Of a stretch of DNA of 64,000 nt, positions 50,040 to 61,755 are shown one piece after another (position 1 is the stretch's first letter; every line of letters starts with the position of its first letter). Source of the stretch: Moniliella sp. 'wahieum' (taxonomy: Eukaryota). Location of the stretch: the NCBI GenBank assembly GCA_003971905.1, contig RSEE01000011.1, positions 310,001 through 374,000 of the forward strand. Direction: 5' to 3'. The notes under the pieces are model-generated. The model saw nothing but the letters and a program-made list of their open reading frames with translations, searched no databases and was not told the origin of the DNA. The position numbers and the translations under genes are program-made.

Positions 50040-51935
50040 TCAGATCTCAGATCTCATTGAAGACATCTTTTGGTTTGCTGTCTCGATAGATTGGGGCGGG
50101 CAATGGATCGAACGTCTCTTCCTGATCGGATGAATCAGCCAATCAATAACTTAATCAACTGTTGACAGTATAGATGGGCAGTTCGGACTATTCAATTGAA
50201 TGTTGACATGGACAACGTTCAGTTGAACGTTGAACGTTGAACGAACGTTGACACTACGCTGACAGACGCAAGTGGTGAATGGTCGTCCATATGTGGGGGG
50301 CGATCATCTGTATGTCATCGAAGGTATCATCGGGTACCACCACATGGGGCCATGCATCTTAAGATCTTGCCACAAATCATTACATCCGCTAGGCTAGAGG
50401 GTGACGTCATCCGTAACGCTTGGGTCGGGCGGCTCTCGCAAGCGCATGGCATATGGACGCGGACGCCTGAAAGTACCAACGCGACGCGAAAGGGATGGGA
50501 CGTAAGGCTCAGCGCGTGCGTGTGAGGGCCGGAGTCACCGGTCACGGTCCGACCTGACGCTCCCGAAGAGGTGTTGTAACGAACATGACTTTTCTGTCGG
50601 CCAAGAAGCCAAGGCTTGCAGAAGACCTGCCGACTTTCTTTGAACGGTGGGGCAATCTCATCAGAATTCAAGTTTTGCGTGTTCACGATGTGCGCAAACT
50701 ATTGCACCATGCACTACCACGTGTTGTCGCATGTCGGGCGCCACCTGTCTCAACGCCATCGAAGCCAGGGCGGCGGGCCAGGCGGGGTCTCGCTGATGGG
50801 CTGCGAGGGGAAGGAACGTAAGGAAGAAGACCTAAGGAACCCTCTGGGACAGCTGAGGCCTGAGATCCTGAGAGGATGGGGGGATGGGGGGATTGGATCC
50901 AGAGCACAGGATCCGTTGCAGACTGACAGACTGGCCTCGGGCTGGCCAGGCACGAATCCGATCACGTCGATCAATAAGTTGATCACCAAGGCGATCATCG
51001 ATCATCGATCTCGATCAGGGCGATCACACAGATCACCACCGGGCTCAGCGCGCGCTGGGCCTCAGCATGATACTGCACATACTCCACCTCCCAGCGTTGA
51101 GCCGCTGTGGACAGGGTGCACTCTTTCTTTGTTTCTGGCGGCTGAGCCTTAGCGCCTCAGCAGATGTGCAGCCGCAAGCTGCGTAAATGCAACCGGTAAG
51201 GCCTATGGCCGAAACTCGATAACCGGTACCGGGCGACTGGCGACCGGTGACGGTGAGCGGATATAACCCACCGGTAACTAAAGATGATCGATGAATGACT
51301 AGGTAAACGTTACCGCACAAGGGTAAGAACCCGGTAGCCAGTCGCTGGCAACTAGCAACGGCTACCGGGTATTGATCTCGACGGCGAAGGTGATTAAATT
51401 GGAGGTGCGCAAGGGCCTGCTACCAAGAGAAAGAGGCGTCATTAATCATGCATCCTTCGGACACTGTGGATGGCTTTTTGTGGTATGGCCGAATAAAGCT
51501 GTGGCCACCCATCATCCCATTCATAGTACGGCGCACATGCCGTCAATGCCACCGCGCGTGCCATCCTGTCACAATTGGCAGAGCGTCGCTGCATCATTCA
51601 TGTGAAGCAAACCGACGCGCAGCTGACGCGTTACGTGTTACGCGTTACGCCTCGACGAGCACAGACCATGGTGCACGATGGATGATGCCCTCTCACAACT
51701 TGCTCATCCCGTTGTCCTGGGCACCCCCGCTTGCCTGTGACACATGCATGACGGAGTGATGCAGGTGATGTATGCACGCCACCACGCGTGACAGGTGATG
51801 GGTGGCGCGCAGCGCGTGACGCGTGATGTGACATGTGATATGCGCCGCCTGAAGCCAAGTGACATGTGACGCGTGACGCGACGCTGCACTCGGCTAAAGC
51901 TCGCTTGCGCTGTGCGCCATGGGTGACCGGTGACG
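50040..51935. repeat. Heptamer array cluster upstream of the F-box-like gene
   Basis: TCA-GATC x2 (50040-50056), TGA-ACGT (50224-50240), TGA-GGCC-TGA (~50854), TCA-TCGA (~50995-51010), CCGG arrays (51219-51280), TGA-CATG/CGCG (51860-51880), TGA-CCGG (~51924-51941). Confidence 0.88.
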
Positions 51936-52299
51936 GGTGACAGCTGCCGACACTGGTGTGTGTGGCGCAGGGCGATCCTCCGCGGCCTCAGCCGGCGAGA
52001 AGGGCCAGCCCCTACAGGGGCAGTCTCATCCCGAGTTCGACCCTTGCATGCCCAGCGCCAGCACCCGCCATCGGGCCCAGAAGCACCCCGTGCGTCGTCC
52101 GTCCGCAGCGCCACCCGGCCCGCACGGCGCCACTGGGCCCACCGCCCCCGACACAGTGCGAATATTTGTGCGCCCATACAGACCCTGGACTGCGCCGGCC
52201 TTTTTCTCAGCGCCCACATCCCCGCCCTCTCTCCGCTCCTCGTCCCTCTCCCCCACCATCCCAGCATCCACCCTCCACCGCCCCTCTGCCCCTGCCACC

Positions 52300-55200
52300 A
52301 TGGGGCTTCTCCGCCGCCCCTCCCATCCAAGGCCTCTGCCCCCGCCCTCCCCCCCCGCCGCCCGCGGTGGAGCAGGTCAGCCGGCTCCCACAGACGGTGG
52401 AGGAGGAGGACGATGCTCCACCCATGCTGCGCTACTCGATCGTCGGATTCGACCTCGCCGACGCTCTCCAAGCATTTGATGTCGATCCCACCCCTGACCC
52501 GAGCCCGAGCCCCAGTCCAGGCTACCGTCTCAACCTCAGCCTCAGCCTCAGCCTCAGCCTCAACTTCAACCTCAGTCCCTGTTGTCCCAACCTCTTTTCC
52601 AATCCGTCGGTTCCTTGCCGTCAAATCCGTCCAGCCAGCGTTTGCACCCTGCTGTGCCTTCCCCTCAGCCCAAACGCAGCCCCCGGCACAGCAGCAGCCC
52701 TCCGCTCCCCTCCAATTCCATCCGGGAGAGCTTGTCCCTGCTCCTGCTGCCCCCGCCCCCCACATGGGGCGGCTGGGCGGCCCGCCTACCTTAGTGTCTA
52801 TGCCCAAGAGCCCAACTACCCTGTTCTTCCCAAAAGCGTCAGCCACAACGCCGTGCACATGGCTCGGGTCAACCCCTCCCCAGCCCACCTTCCATCCATT
52901 GCGTCACAGCCGGTGCTTTCCCCTGCTGTGGTGCCCATGCCTGCGCTGGCTTCGGCAAATGCTATGTTTCCCCAATACGCCCTCCAGCCAGCAAGCCTTC
53001 GTTGCGCATTCTCACCAAGAGACCAAGTCCAAGGCGTCCACCTCCACCCACTCTCTCCGGCCTTCCTCGCACGTCGCAGACCGGTTCGGCCCCGCCTATG
53101 TCCCCCAGACGGCGGCCGTCAACGCTGGCTCGGGTCGCTACCTCTCCCACTCCCAAAGCAGTCTACCCCATGCGGACAACGTTCCTAAGCGCTCTGGTAG
53201 CCGCCTGATCAAGCTTTTAGTCGGCGGCGTAAGGAAAAGCCAGCCCCCATCGTTCCCGGCTCCGCCCCCGTGTCCCCTGTTGGTACTCCCATTTCCCCTA
53301 TTCGGGATGGCGGTCCGTCCTCCGATGCGTTTTCACCCCCCGCGAGCGCACAGGTTAGCGCTGTAAACCTTTCCTCTCCCCGCTCGCCGCTCAACCGAGC
53401 CTACCCCCCCGTCTCGGCGTCTGCACGCGCGTCGCAAGCTCACCAAACGCGCCAGAGCACGGAGTCCTTCTCCTCCGCCATGAGCTCAGGCAAAGATGCC
53501 TCGTACTCGGCGGCGGACATGTATGCGACACCCCTCCCGGTGGTCAGGCTGCGGCGCATCCTCAGTCTGCCCCACTCGTCTGCCCGTCACCAAGGACCCT
53601 GTTTCTCCCTCGCCCCATCCGCATCGGCTACCGCAACCGTTACCTCCCCCTTGAATACGGGGAGCGTATCCCCGCTGTCGAACCCGACGCGTAGCAGCTC
53701 GCTTGCGTCGGCCATTAGCATCGACTCCTCTGCTCACGACGAGGGACGGGAAGGCGTGCAAGGGACCAAAGCTCCTCTGACGCGACCGAAGCTTCGGAGC
53801 GCCTCGATGTACCGCAGGAGGAGTCAGAAGAGGAGGAAGAGGAGGAGAAAGAGGAGGAGGTGCCCGAACCGCCTCCTCGTCCTCCACTCCCATTCCAGAG
53901 GTGGACCCGGCGATCCAGCGCTTGGGCAAAGCGGTGCCCACTCTCTCCCATACCATTCTTCGCTACGCACGGAGCAACACGGGCTTGTATCTTCCCTCTG
54001 CTACCGATGGCGACGAGTCCTTTTCCACCGCAGAGTCATCCACGCCATCACCCTTTGCAGCAGCGAGCAGCCGTCGCCCGCAGCGGCAGCGCGAAAAACG
54101 TACCTACACCCGTGGCTTGGCCGCCGTGTTCTCGGCTGCCACTCCAGTCCTCTTGGCCACGCTGCTGCACTACCTCGAGATTGATGATGTAGTGGAGCTA
54201 GGCATGACGTGCCGTTCTATCCGGGACACCTTCTCCTCTGCTCTGGGTGCGGAGCTGGTGCTACACCGCTTCCTTGCTCCGATTGGGTACCAAACCTGGG
54301 CTGGGCAGTTGGCTGTGTTGGATGCAACAGCGGTCGATGGACCAGGAAGCGTAGCGCTCCTGCCACGGCAAGGGGAAGAGCCAGTGGAGCTGACGGCGCT
54401 GGATGTGATGAACTATGCTTTGGCGAACCAAGTGCGATACGATTACTTGCCCTGGCTGCGGCGGTGAAGAGGGGTGGTGTGGACCGCCGTTGGCCCCGCT
54501 TTGCACGCTGTACCACCCGCGCGCACAACCGCGTACTGGCTCGTCTCCGTGCTCAGCCGAACTACGACCCTACCCCACGCGAGGGGGCACGCGCACGGGT
54601 GTTGGATGAGGTGCAGGGCACCACCTTGGGCCCGCTCTTGCCCATCTACGCCATGGTCCCCTGGAAACCATGCGGCGCCACCCCACTTGGACGTCTTGTC
54701 GGAACGCTCAGTCTGGGCATGGCAACAGCTCGGATTCTCGCGTCGCCAGGCTGTGCGCAAGGCACAGGCCGAACCCGCACTGACGGTGCGTGTGCCCTGG
54801 CGGCCTGGGCGGGCGCCTGTGTGCGGGTCTGGGTGCCAGTCGCCAACTCAGGAGGCTGGTTGGAAGACGAAGACTTGGCGTTGGCCGGGGAGAGCTGTCT
54901 CGTTCCGGCGTCCGAGCGCACGCCAAGGCGGACCATTTGATGGTCGAAGGCGATGTGGTCTGGGATATGGCTGTTGGGACCGAGCGCAACGAAGGCAAAT
55001 TCATCTACGACGGCACCTTTATCCGGTATGTTCTTTCCCTTGCTCGGAACGTCCTGGACGTATGTGCACAGCGTAGAAAACTGATGTTATGAGAACAGCG
55101 ATTTGTCCTTTACCTACGATCTCTGGGGCCACCTGCCCTCATGGCTCAATGCGATGACCCTGCCCCCCGGGTGGTACCACAACGTAATCCACCCTTCGAC

Positions 55201-55777
55201 GTCCTTGCGTCCGGTCGTGTTCCTTGATTTGCTACCGTTCCGAGACGAGTTGATGAGCAGCCTGCACCTATCGCAGTCGCTATTGCAGGGCCCACGCTAC
55301 GCCTTGCACAAGTGGATGGCGCATGCACGGGCTTCTGTGCCGCCTCCCAAACCGGAAAAGGAGCCAGTCAAGGGGACACCAGCTGCTCACATTGCCCAAG
55401 TGGTCGCCTCCCTAGACTCGGGTTGGAATGGGGAACTGCAGATCGAGCTGGAAGGCACTGCGGAGGCCTTGCACGACTTGATCGTGCGCTGTGCGGGACC
55501 TCATGCTTCCTCGTCCCAAACCCGTTCCATTTTGGCGGCTGTGCTGGACCCGCGGGCGGATGTGGCGGCGCGAAAGTTACCCCCGCTTCGCCAACAGTTC
55601 CTCTCCCCGATCCTACCAAGTTCTCCTTCCCCTTCCATGTGCTGCGAGAAAAATGCTCGCCTGGAAAGATCGTGCTCCATCCACTCGCTGTACAGGGGGG
55701 CAGCGGTAGATTGTCTCCCCCACCGCCATTGCCACCGCCACCGCTACTTCTCTCATCTCCGCCTCTGCCTCAACTGA
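52300..55777 (+). CDS. Hypothetical protein with Pro/Ser-rich N-terminus, F-box-like segment and a conserved-looking C-terminal domain
   Basis: LLATLLHYLEIDDVVELGMTCRSIR (F-box-like), RAHNRVLARLR, VRVWVP, HLMVEGDVVWDMAVG...GKFIYDG, GHLPSWLNAMTLPPGWYHNVI, FLDLLP, IELEGTAE. Intron ~55026-55099. Confidence 0.65.
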
Positions 55778-57786
55778 CTCGATACTGGTTACCCACTCCG
55801 ATTTATATGATAAAAGAAACCCCGGCAAGGTACCCACCACACAGCCATGATTGAAGGTTGTTTACTACCCTTCTCAAGGGGGCCCACAGCAGGGACTTTG
55901 TCCTTGCTCTGGGCCCCCTCCTCTCGCTACTCTTGTCCCTTGTGCAACGACCAACTGCTTTTTGGATTGCTTCGATACTACCCTGCTTCTTCTTCTTCTT
56001 CGTTTCTCCCCGGCCCGGAGCCCGATGGGGATACCCCCTACCAATATCCCATACCTGTTTACCCTGGCCATCTTCTTTTCCCGTTTCGTTCTCGCTACCC
56101 CTCGTCTGTGATCGTGATCGTTCTGAATTCTGTCCAAGACCACCACCCTTTTGCTTGCTCACCTTGCTTGTCCTCTTGTGGTCATCAACTTGTCCCTCGT
56201 CTTCTCCGTCTCCGTGTTCCATCTTGCTTCGTGTCTCGTTCTTGCCCGCCCTCCCCCGCCCTCCACCCCTCCGAGCCTTACCCCCAATCGGATTCGGCCT
56301 CCTTGCTGAGGCGCTGAGGGCGCCCTACCTTCTCTGGTTCTCTGATGTCTTCCAATGAGTAAAATCAACGTTGAAATGTTCTTCTGCCTGATTCCATCCC
56401 TTGTGGGACCCACTATCATCCTCTCGCACTCTTATATCGTGTCTCTTTCGTACGCGGACAACCACCAGCCTCTTGCGGAGACTGTTCTCTATACCGCAGT
56501 ATGCTTCACTGCTTCCTATATGTTGTGGATGGGTTAGGATTATGGACGCTTGTGCATGATGCTCCGACCTCGGGTAAAGTCAAGATCCTATATACGTCTG
56601 ATGGGAAGAGCTGGCCTGGATATGTTCTTGGAGTTGTCAACAGACAAATGGAGCTTCCCTGGCCCATTATATTGCTTCCACCGTCGACACCGTCCGAGTT
56701 AACCTACGGCTGGTATAGTTTCGGTCACTACGGTTATTAGCAGTCACTGTGGAGTGAATATTGAATGCTGTTAGCCACGTGGCTCTTCCAACTGACGCAG
56801 CAATAGCTTATTCTTCGAGGCTGACCTCTCGCCACATTGCTCGTGGCCTCAATGTAACAGGGACATAAGATGTCGTGAGAGCCATCCGTCCATCAACGAC
56901 TGGTTCAACTTGCTTAGTATGCGCCTACCACCGATTCTGGCCTTGTCGCCGTGTCTGCTGGGCGCTTCGCTACTGCCTCACCTCACAGACGGCTACTATT
57001 GTACGTCCCCCAGAACGAGTTCCAAGTCGTTCCCAATAATATGGTGAGCCGAACCGAGTGAAGTTTGCTATCAGCCGAGACCGCGCGGCACCGAGCGCAC
57101 GTACTCAGCTTTGTTTGGTGGAGATCACGCGCGCCTTCCTCAGTATCTGTCCCAAGGTAGATGGCCAACGTGGTCGTGTGCTGCGCAAGTTGGGGACGAA
57201 CACATTCACCACGCCCCTCTAGGTGGGTGTGGAGCCCTGAGGCCTACTATAAGCCAAAAGGTAGCCCAACACGAGCTGTGTGGTATCAATGCTTGGCGTA
57301 CCAGGTCCCTCGGCGTTTTCTCTTCTGTATTTGGTTGGTTCATTCGCGTCATTGGCCAGTGCGAACATGCGTGCCCCGAACGGAGCGCACCGACAGCTTG
57401 AGAACCGGCTCTTGGTGAGGAGCGCCCCATGGATATATGGTAGGTCGTGCTTTTAAATATGCCTCGGAGAAGGAGGCGCAGAGAACCACATGCATTGAAA
57501 GGAACAAAAGCGGAATTGGAGGCGGCTGGCGTTCCGCTGACCTCCCTAGCTTGGCTAAGCGCTAAGCTTAGCCTTAGCGCCCAATGTGGCGGGATTGCTC
57601 GTCTGCGTTTCGATTCCACACCCCTGTCGCCTGAATACCTCGTAGTGACTCTCCCTGTAAGCCTTTGTTGCCCTGCCCTTGGCTGGCTCTGTTCTTGAAG
57701 GATGCCTCGGGGCTGGTAAGGCATGCGCGTCCTGACTCGGTGTGGTGTGTGATTGTGTTGTGTCGATTCCCGTTCTTTTCCTTCAG

Positions 57787-58330
57787 ATGGTGGCTAAAAT
57801 CTACGTCGGCAACCTCAGCTGGGACACGACCGACGATGGTCTCGCCCACGCCTTTGCCCCGTTTGCGACCCAAGGCGAACTGCTGGACTACATTGTGATG
57901 AAGGATCGTGAAACTGGCCGCTCGCGCGGCTTTGGCTTTGTTACCTACTCGACCCAGGAGGAGGCTGACGCGGCCATGCAGACGCTTAATGAGACCCAGC
58001 TCGACGGTCGTACCATCCGCGTCAACATGGCCAACTCGCGCCCGCGCGACCAACCGCCCTCGTTCGGTTACGGTGGAGGATATGGCAGCCCTTATCAGGC
58101 ACCCGCGCTTCAGGGCTTCAACGGCTACCAACAGGGCTTTGCCGACTTGTCTTATGGTCAGGTTCCCTATGCTTCTCAGCCTACGGCCTTTGCCCAACCC
58201 TACCCGCAGGGCTTCCAGTACCCCCCTCCCACTCAGGGTGGGTTTGCCGGACAGTATGGGTATTTTGCTCGAACGGGCGCTAGTAAAAGGGAACAGATAC
58301 TGACAGTTTGACAAGCAACTACCCGACTAA
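57787..58330 (+). CDS. Single-RRM glycine/tyrosine-rich RNA-binding protein (CIRBP/GRP-like)
   Basis: RNP2 IYVGNL, MKDRETGRSRGFGFVTY (RNP1), LDGRTIRVNMA, G/Y/Q-rich tail. 5'UTR intron 57716-57786 and a terminal intron ~58260-58316. Confidence 0.92.
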
Positions 58331-58647
58331 CATGTAATCGATGATGGTTCGCTTGCCCTGTCCTATCGTATCCTCAATTGCGCCTCGTCTCAAGTGCCAT
58401 TTCTTGCATTATTTGACGTTATCAACGTTCAACCATCGTTTTCTATGGCCACGCGGTCTTTGAACGGTAAGTGACTACCAAGTCTCTCTGTCTCACCTAT
58501 CCATACAGAGTAAGCCATGAGCAGATTCATGGGCATAGCCAGGGCAGCAGAGCTGTCCGTTTTGTGTGTGACCATCAGAGAGGGAGGACATAGGAGGAGT
58601 ACCCCACTTGAAAGAGAGGGCGCTCACGACCAGGAGGATGCCCAAGC

Positions 58648-59577
58648 TTAAAGGACAGAGAAGATGCGGATCTCGTTGTCCGAGTAGCCGGCGAAGAGAG
58701 TCTGACCGTCGGCCGACCAGGCAAGCGAGAGCGCCTCGGGGGCCTTGCCGTTGCCCTCAATCTCGGGCACCAGGGTGTCGACAATGGACTGCGACTCAAG
58801 GTCAAAGATCTTGATGCAGGACGAGGTGGCAGCGCAGAGCCAGTAGCGGTTGGGCGAGAAGACGAGGGCGTTGACATTGTCGCCAGCCTCGAGGGAGTAC
58901 AGGTGCTTGTCCACGGACAGCTCCCAGAGCATGACAGTGCCCTCCTTGCCGCCCGAAGCGCACAGCGAGCCATCGGGAGAGATGGTGACCGTGTTAACGT
59001 AGCCCGAGTGGCCAAAGTGGTTGGCCTTGAGACGCATCTGCGACAGGTCCCACACCTTCACAGCCTTGTCCCAGCCGCCCGAGACAATGATGGGGGTTTG
59101 CGGGTTGGGAGAGAACTTGACGGTGCTCACCCACTCGGTGTGGCCGTGGTCGGTGAGGTTGAACTTGCACTCACCCAGAGTGTTCCACAGCTTGATCGTC
59201 TTGTCGCGCGAAGCGGACACGATCTGGCGGTTGTCAGCCGAGAAGGAGACAGAGAGAACATCGGCCTGGTGACCAACAAAGCGGTGCACAGTGTTGCCCG
59301 TGTTCAGGTCCCAAAGGCGCAGGGTCTGTCCCACGACGACGACAGAGCAAACTGGCCGTCGGAAGAGAGGACAACATCCGACAAAGTGGTTGTGGCCGTG
59401 GAGGATCTTCTTGGGGTATCCGAGATCGTCCTCGCCACGCTTGAGGTTCCAGACAATCACGTGCTTGTCCCGCGACGACGAGACGAGCAGGTCAGGGTTC
59501 TCGCTCGAGGTAGCGAGGCCGGTGACCCAGCCCTGGTGCCCAGTGAGGCTGCCCTTGAATTGCAGCGACTCGCTCAT
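58648..59577 (-). CDS. ASC1: RACK1/Asc1/Cpc2, 40S ribosomal WD40 protein
   Basis: [94 protein letters not shown]. Short compensating frameshift near 59330-59380. Confidence 0.97.
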   Translation of the reverse strand: MSESLQFKGSLTGHQGWVTGLATSSENPDLLVSSSRDKHVIVWNLKRGEDDLGYPKKILHGHNHFVGCCPLFRRPVCSVVVVGQTLRLWDLNTGNTVHRFVGHQADVLSVSFSADNRQIVSASRDKTIKLWNTLGECKFNLTDHGHTEWVSTVKFSPNPQTPIIVSGGWDKAVKVWDLSQMRLKANHFGHSGYVNTVTISPDGSLCASGGKEGTVMLWELSVDKHLYSLEAGDNVNALVFSPNRYWLCAATSSCIKIFDLESQSIVDTLVPEIEGNGKAPEALSLAWSADGQTLFAGYSDNEIRIFSVL

Positions 59578-59856
59578 GTTGAGTTGCTGCTAGCGCACAA
59601 GGAATGGTAAGGAATGGTAGGTCAGTATCAAGGAATGCGACAACAGCGCAACCACAGTATGGGACACTCACAAGGTCGGTTGCGGGGTGGAAGATCTCTG
59701 GCGGCGCCAACGACGACGAGCCTCACTGGAAACCCACGAGGATTTGGCGACAGGGTTACCCGCAGCATGCATTTAATAGGGTTCCGCAATAAATCGACCG
59801 CGCAATTATAAACCCTAACGTACTGGTGAAGAATATGAGGATCACTTTCACCACAA

Positions 59857-59940
59857 GGGTTCGTGGTGTAGTGGTATCATGCCTCTTTAGGGTTTCACAA
59901 CTCGTAGAGGTGGTCCTCGGTTCGATCCCGGGCGGACCCC
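59857..59940 (+). tRNA. tRNA-Pro(AGG) with 12-nt intron
   Basis: Acceptor GGGTTCG/CGGACCC, D-arm GTG-TAGTGGTAT-CAT, anticodon stem CCTCT/AGAGG, anticodon AGG at 59889-59891, intron 59893-59904, T-arm CTCGG-TTCGATC-CCGGG. Confidence 0.93.
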
Positions 59941-59942
59941 TA

Positions 59943-59947
59943 TTTTT
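59943..59947 (+). terminator. Pol III oligo-T terminator of tRNA-Pro
   Basis: TTTTT 3 nt after the discriminator base. Confidence 0.75.
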
Positions 59948-60132
59948 GGCCTCGTCTGTTTCCCAGGTATTGATTGCGAAGGCGTTGGTGTCTCCTGTTG
60001 CCGGTGCAATCGGGCTGGGCGGAATAAGCCAGCTGGCACTTCCGTCAATATTTTTCCTGCCCTCACATTACCTAGTTGGCCTGCGGTTGACACCCTCTCC
60101 TGCAGGTTCTCTTATCCCTCTGGTTCCATATA

Positions 60133-61755
60133 ATGGTCAAGCTCAAGCCCACACCTTCCAAGCGCCAGTCCACCAAGCAGCGCGTTAAGATCAAGAAGCG
60201 CGTTGCTGAACACCACCGCAAGGCCCGGCGTGACGCTAAGAAAAACCCGCAGTGGACCAGCCGCATCAAGAAAGACCCAGGCATCCCCAACTCGTATCCG
60301 TTCAAAGAACAATTACTCGAAGAGATCCGCCAAAAGCGCGTAGCTGAGGAGGCAGCTAAGCTCGAGGCCAAGGAGCGTGCCAGGGAAGAGCGTGCACGCA
60401 AGGGTGCCCCTGCGCCGAGGAGAGCGAGGATGAAGTGGACGATGAGTTTGTGGATGCTGCACAGGCTCTTCTACTCCAGGCTCCTGTGTACCGTTCCACT
60501 CTTACAGAGGCTCGATGACGACGAAGTAGGCACAATTTTGGTTGCAATCGATGCGCGTGACCCCTGTCGGGGTCACACCGTCGTTGCAAACAGAGCACTC
60601 AGGCCAAAGGCAAAAATTTTGCCTATGTCATGACGCACGGATCTCGTGCCGCGCGAGGTGGTTAATGCGTGGACCACCGTCCTCCATACCCGTTTCTCGA
60701 CACGGTATTCCCCGTATCTCTCGGCGAGCAGCCTTTGGGTCTGTCGCCTATCCTGGAGCAGGTACGAGCTTGGGGGGGCAAAGATGGGAGCCACATTGCA
60801 ATCTGTGGCATGGAAAATGCCGGCCGCTCCGCTTTAGCTTCTGCTCTGGGCATGCTGGCTCAAGCCAGGGAGGGTGCACCTGTCACGGTCTATGACACGG
60901 CTCATCTCATCTTGGCCGAGGACCCAGGGAAGGATGATGAGGCGGCGATGCTACGCACTTTGGTACGCAACAAGGGCCCCATGCAAAAGTCCAGGACGAT
61001 CGAACCTCTTGCGCGGGCCCTTATCACCCGCATCGCTCGGTCTTAGACCTGCAGCTTCTTTACCGGCTCCCCGCTTTTGCTGCCAATGCCGAGACGCGCT
61101 CGGGTGCAGATCTCACCGAGTCCGAGTTCGACGAGCTTTGTGTTCATCTCGCTCGCTCCATTGGCCTAATCTCGCGCCGTGGCGCGCCATCACTCACCCC
61201 CATCATGCGCAAACTCGTCTTCGATTGGTGTCACGACAAGATGATGTACTACGCTACGCCACCACTTTCTAGGTCCGAAGCCAGTGCCCAGGCATCGACT
61301 TTAGGCGATCAACTGCCCACCACCGTGGCTGGGTTGGAGGAGACTGTTCTCCCTCTTTCCCAGTGGAGGGAACAGTATGCATCCCGCCAGCTTCGTCTGC
61401 TCCCAGGCCCCGTGGACCCACGTACCCATGAATGGGAGTACATGTTCTTTGTCCCGCCTTCGGAGCGACCTGCAAGGAGGGCAAGAAGGCTGTCAAGTTT
61501 GCCGACCCAGATGGGTCGGAGGAGGAGGAGGAGGCGGAGCTGACCGATGGCGAGTCGGATGGGTGGGAAGAGGTGGATCCTGAAAGCGAATCTGAAGAGG
61601 AGGTTGAGCAGGAGATCCTGGAAGAGCCTGCTGCCCCACCAAAGAAAACCAGGGGCAAAGGTAACAAGCGCAAGGCTGAATCCGAGGAGGAACCCCCTCA
61701 GAAAAGGCCCCCTGTACAACCAGGGGACAAGTACAACTTCTTGGCTCACTTCTGA
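60133..61755 (+). CDS. NUG1: Nug1/Grn1/GNL3-like nucleolar circularly permuted GTPase with degenerate G motifs
   Basis: GN3L_Grn1 N-terminus (RVKIKKRVAEHHRKARRDAKK..KKDPGIPNSYPFKEQLL), DARDP, TRTDLVPREVVNAW, ICGMENAGRSAL, ARKLVFDW, YYATPP, acidic tail ending YNFLAHF. Confidence 0.85.
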
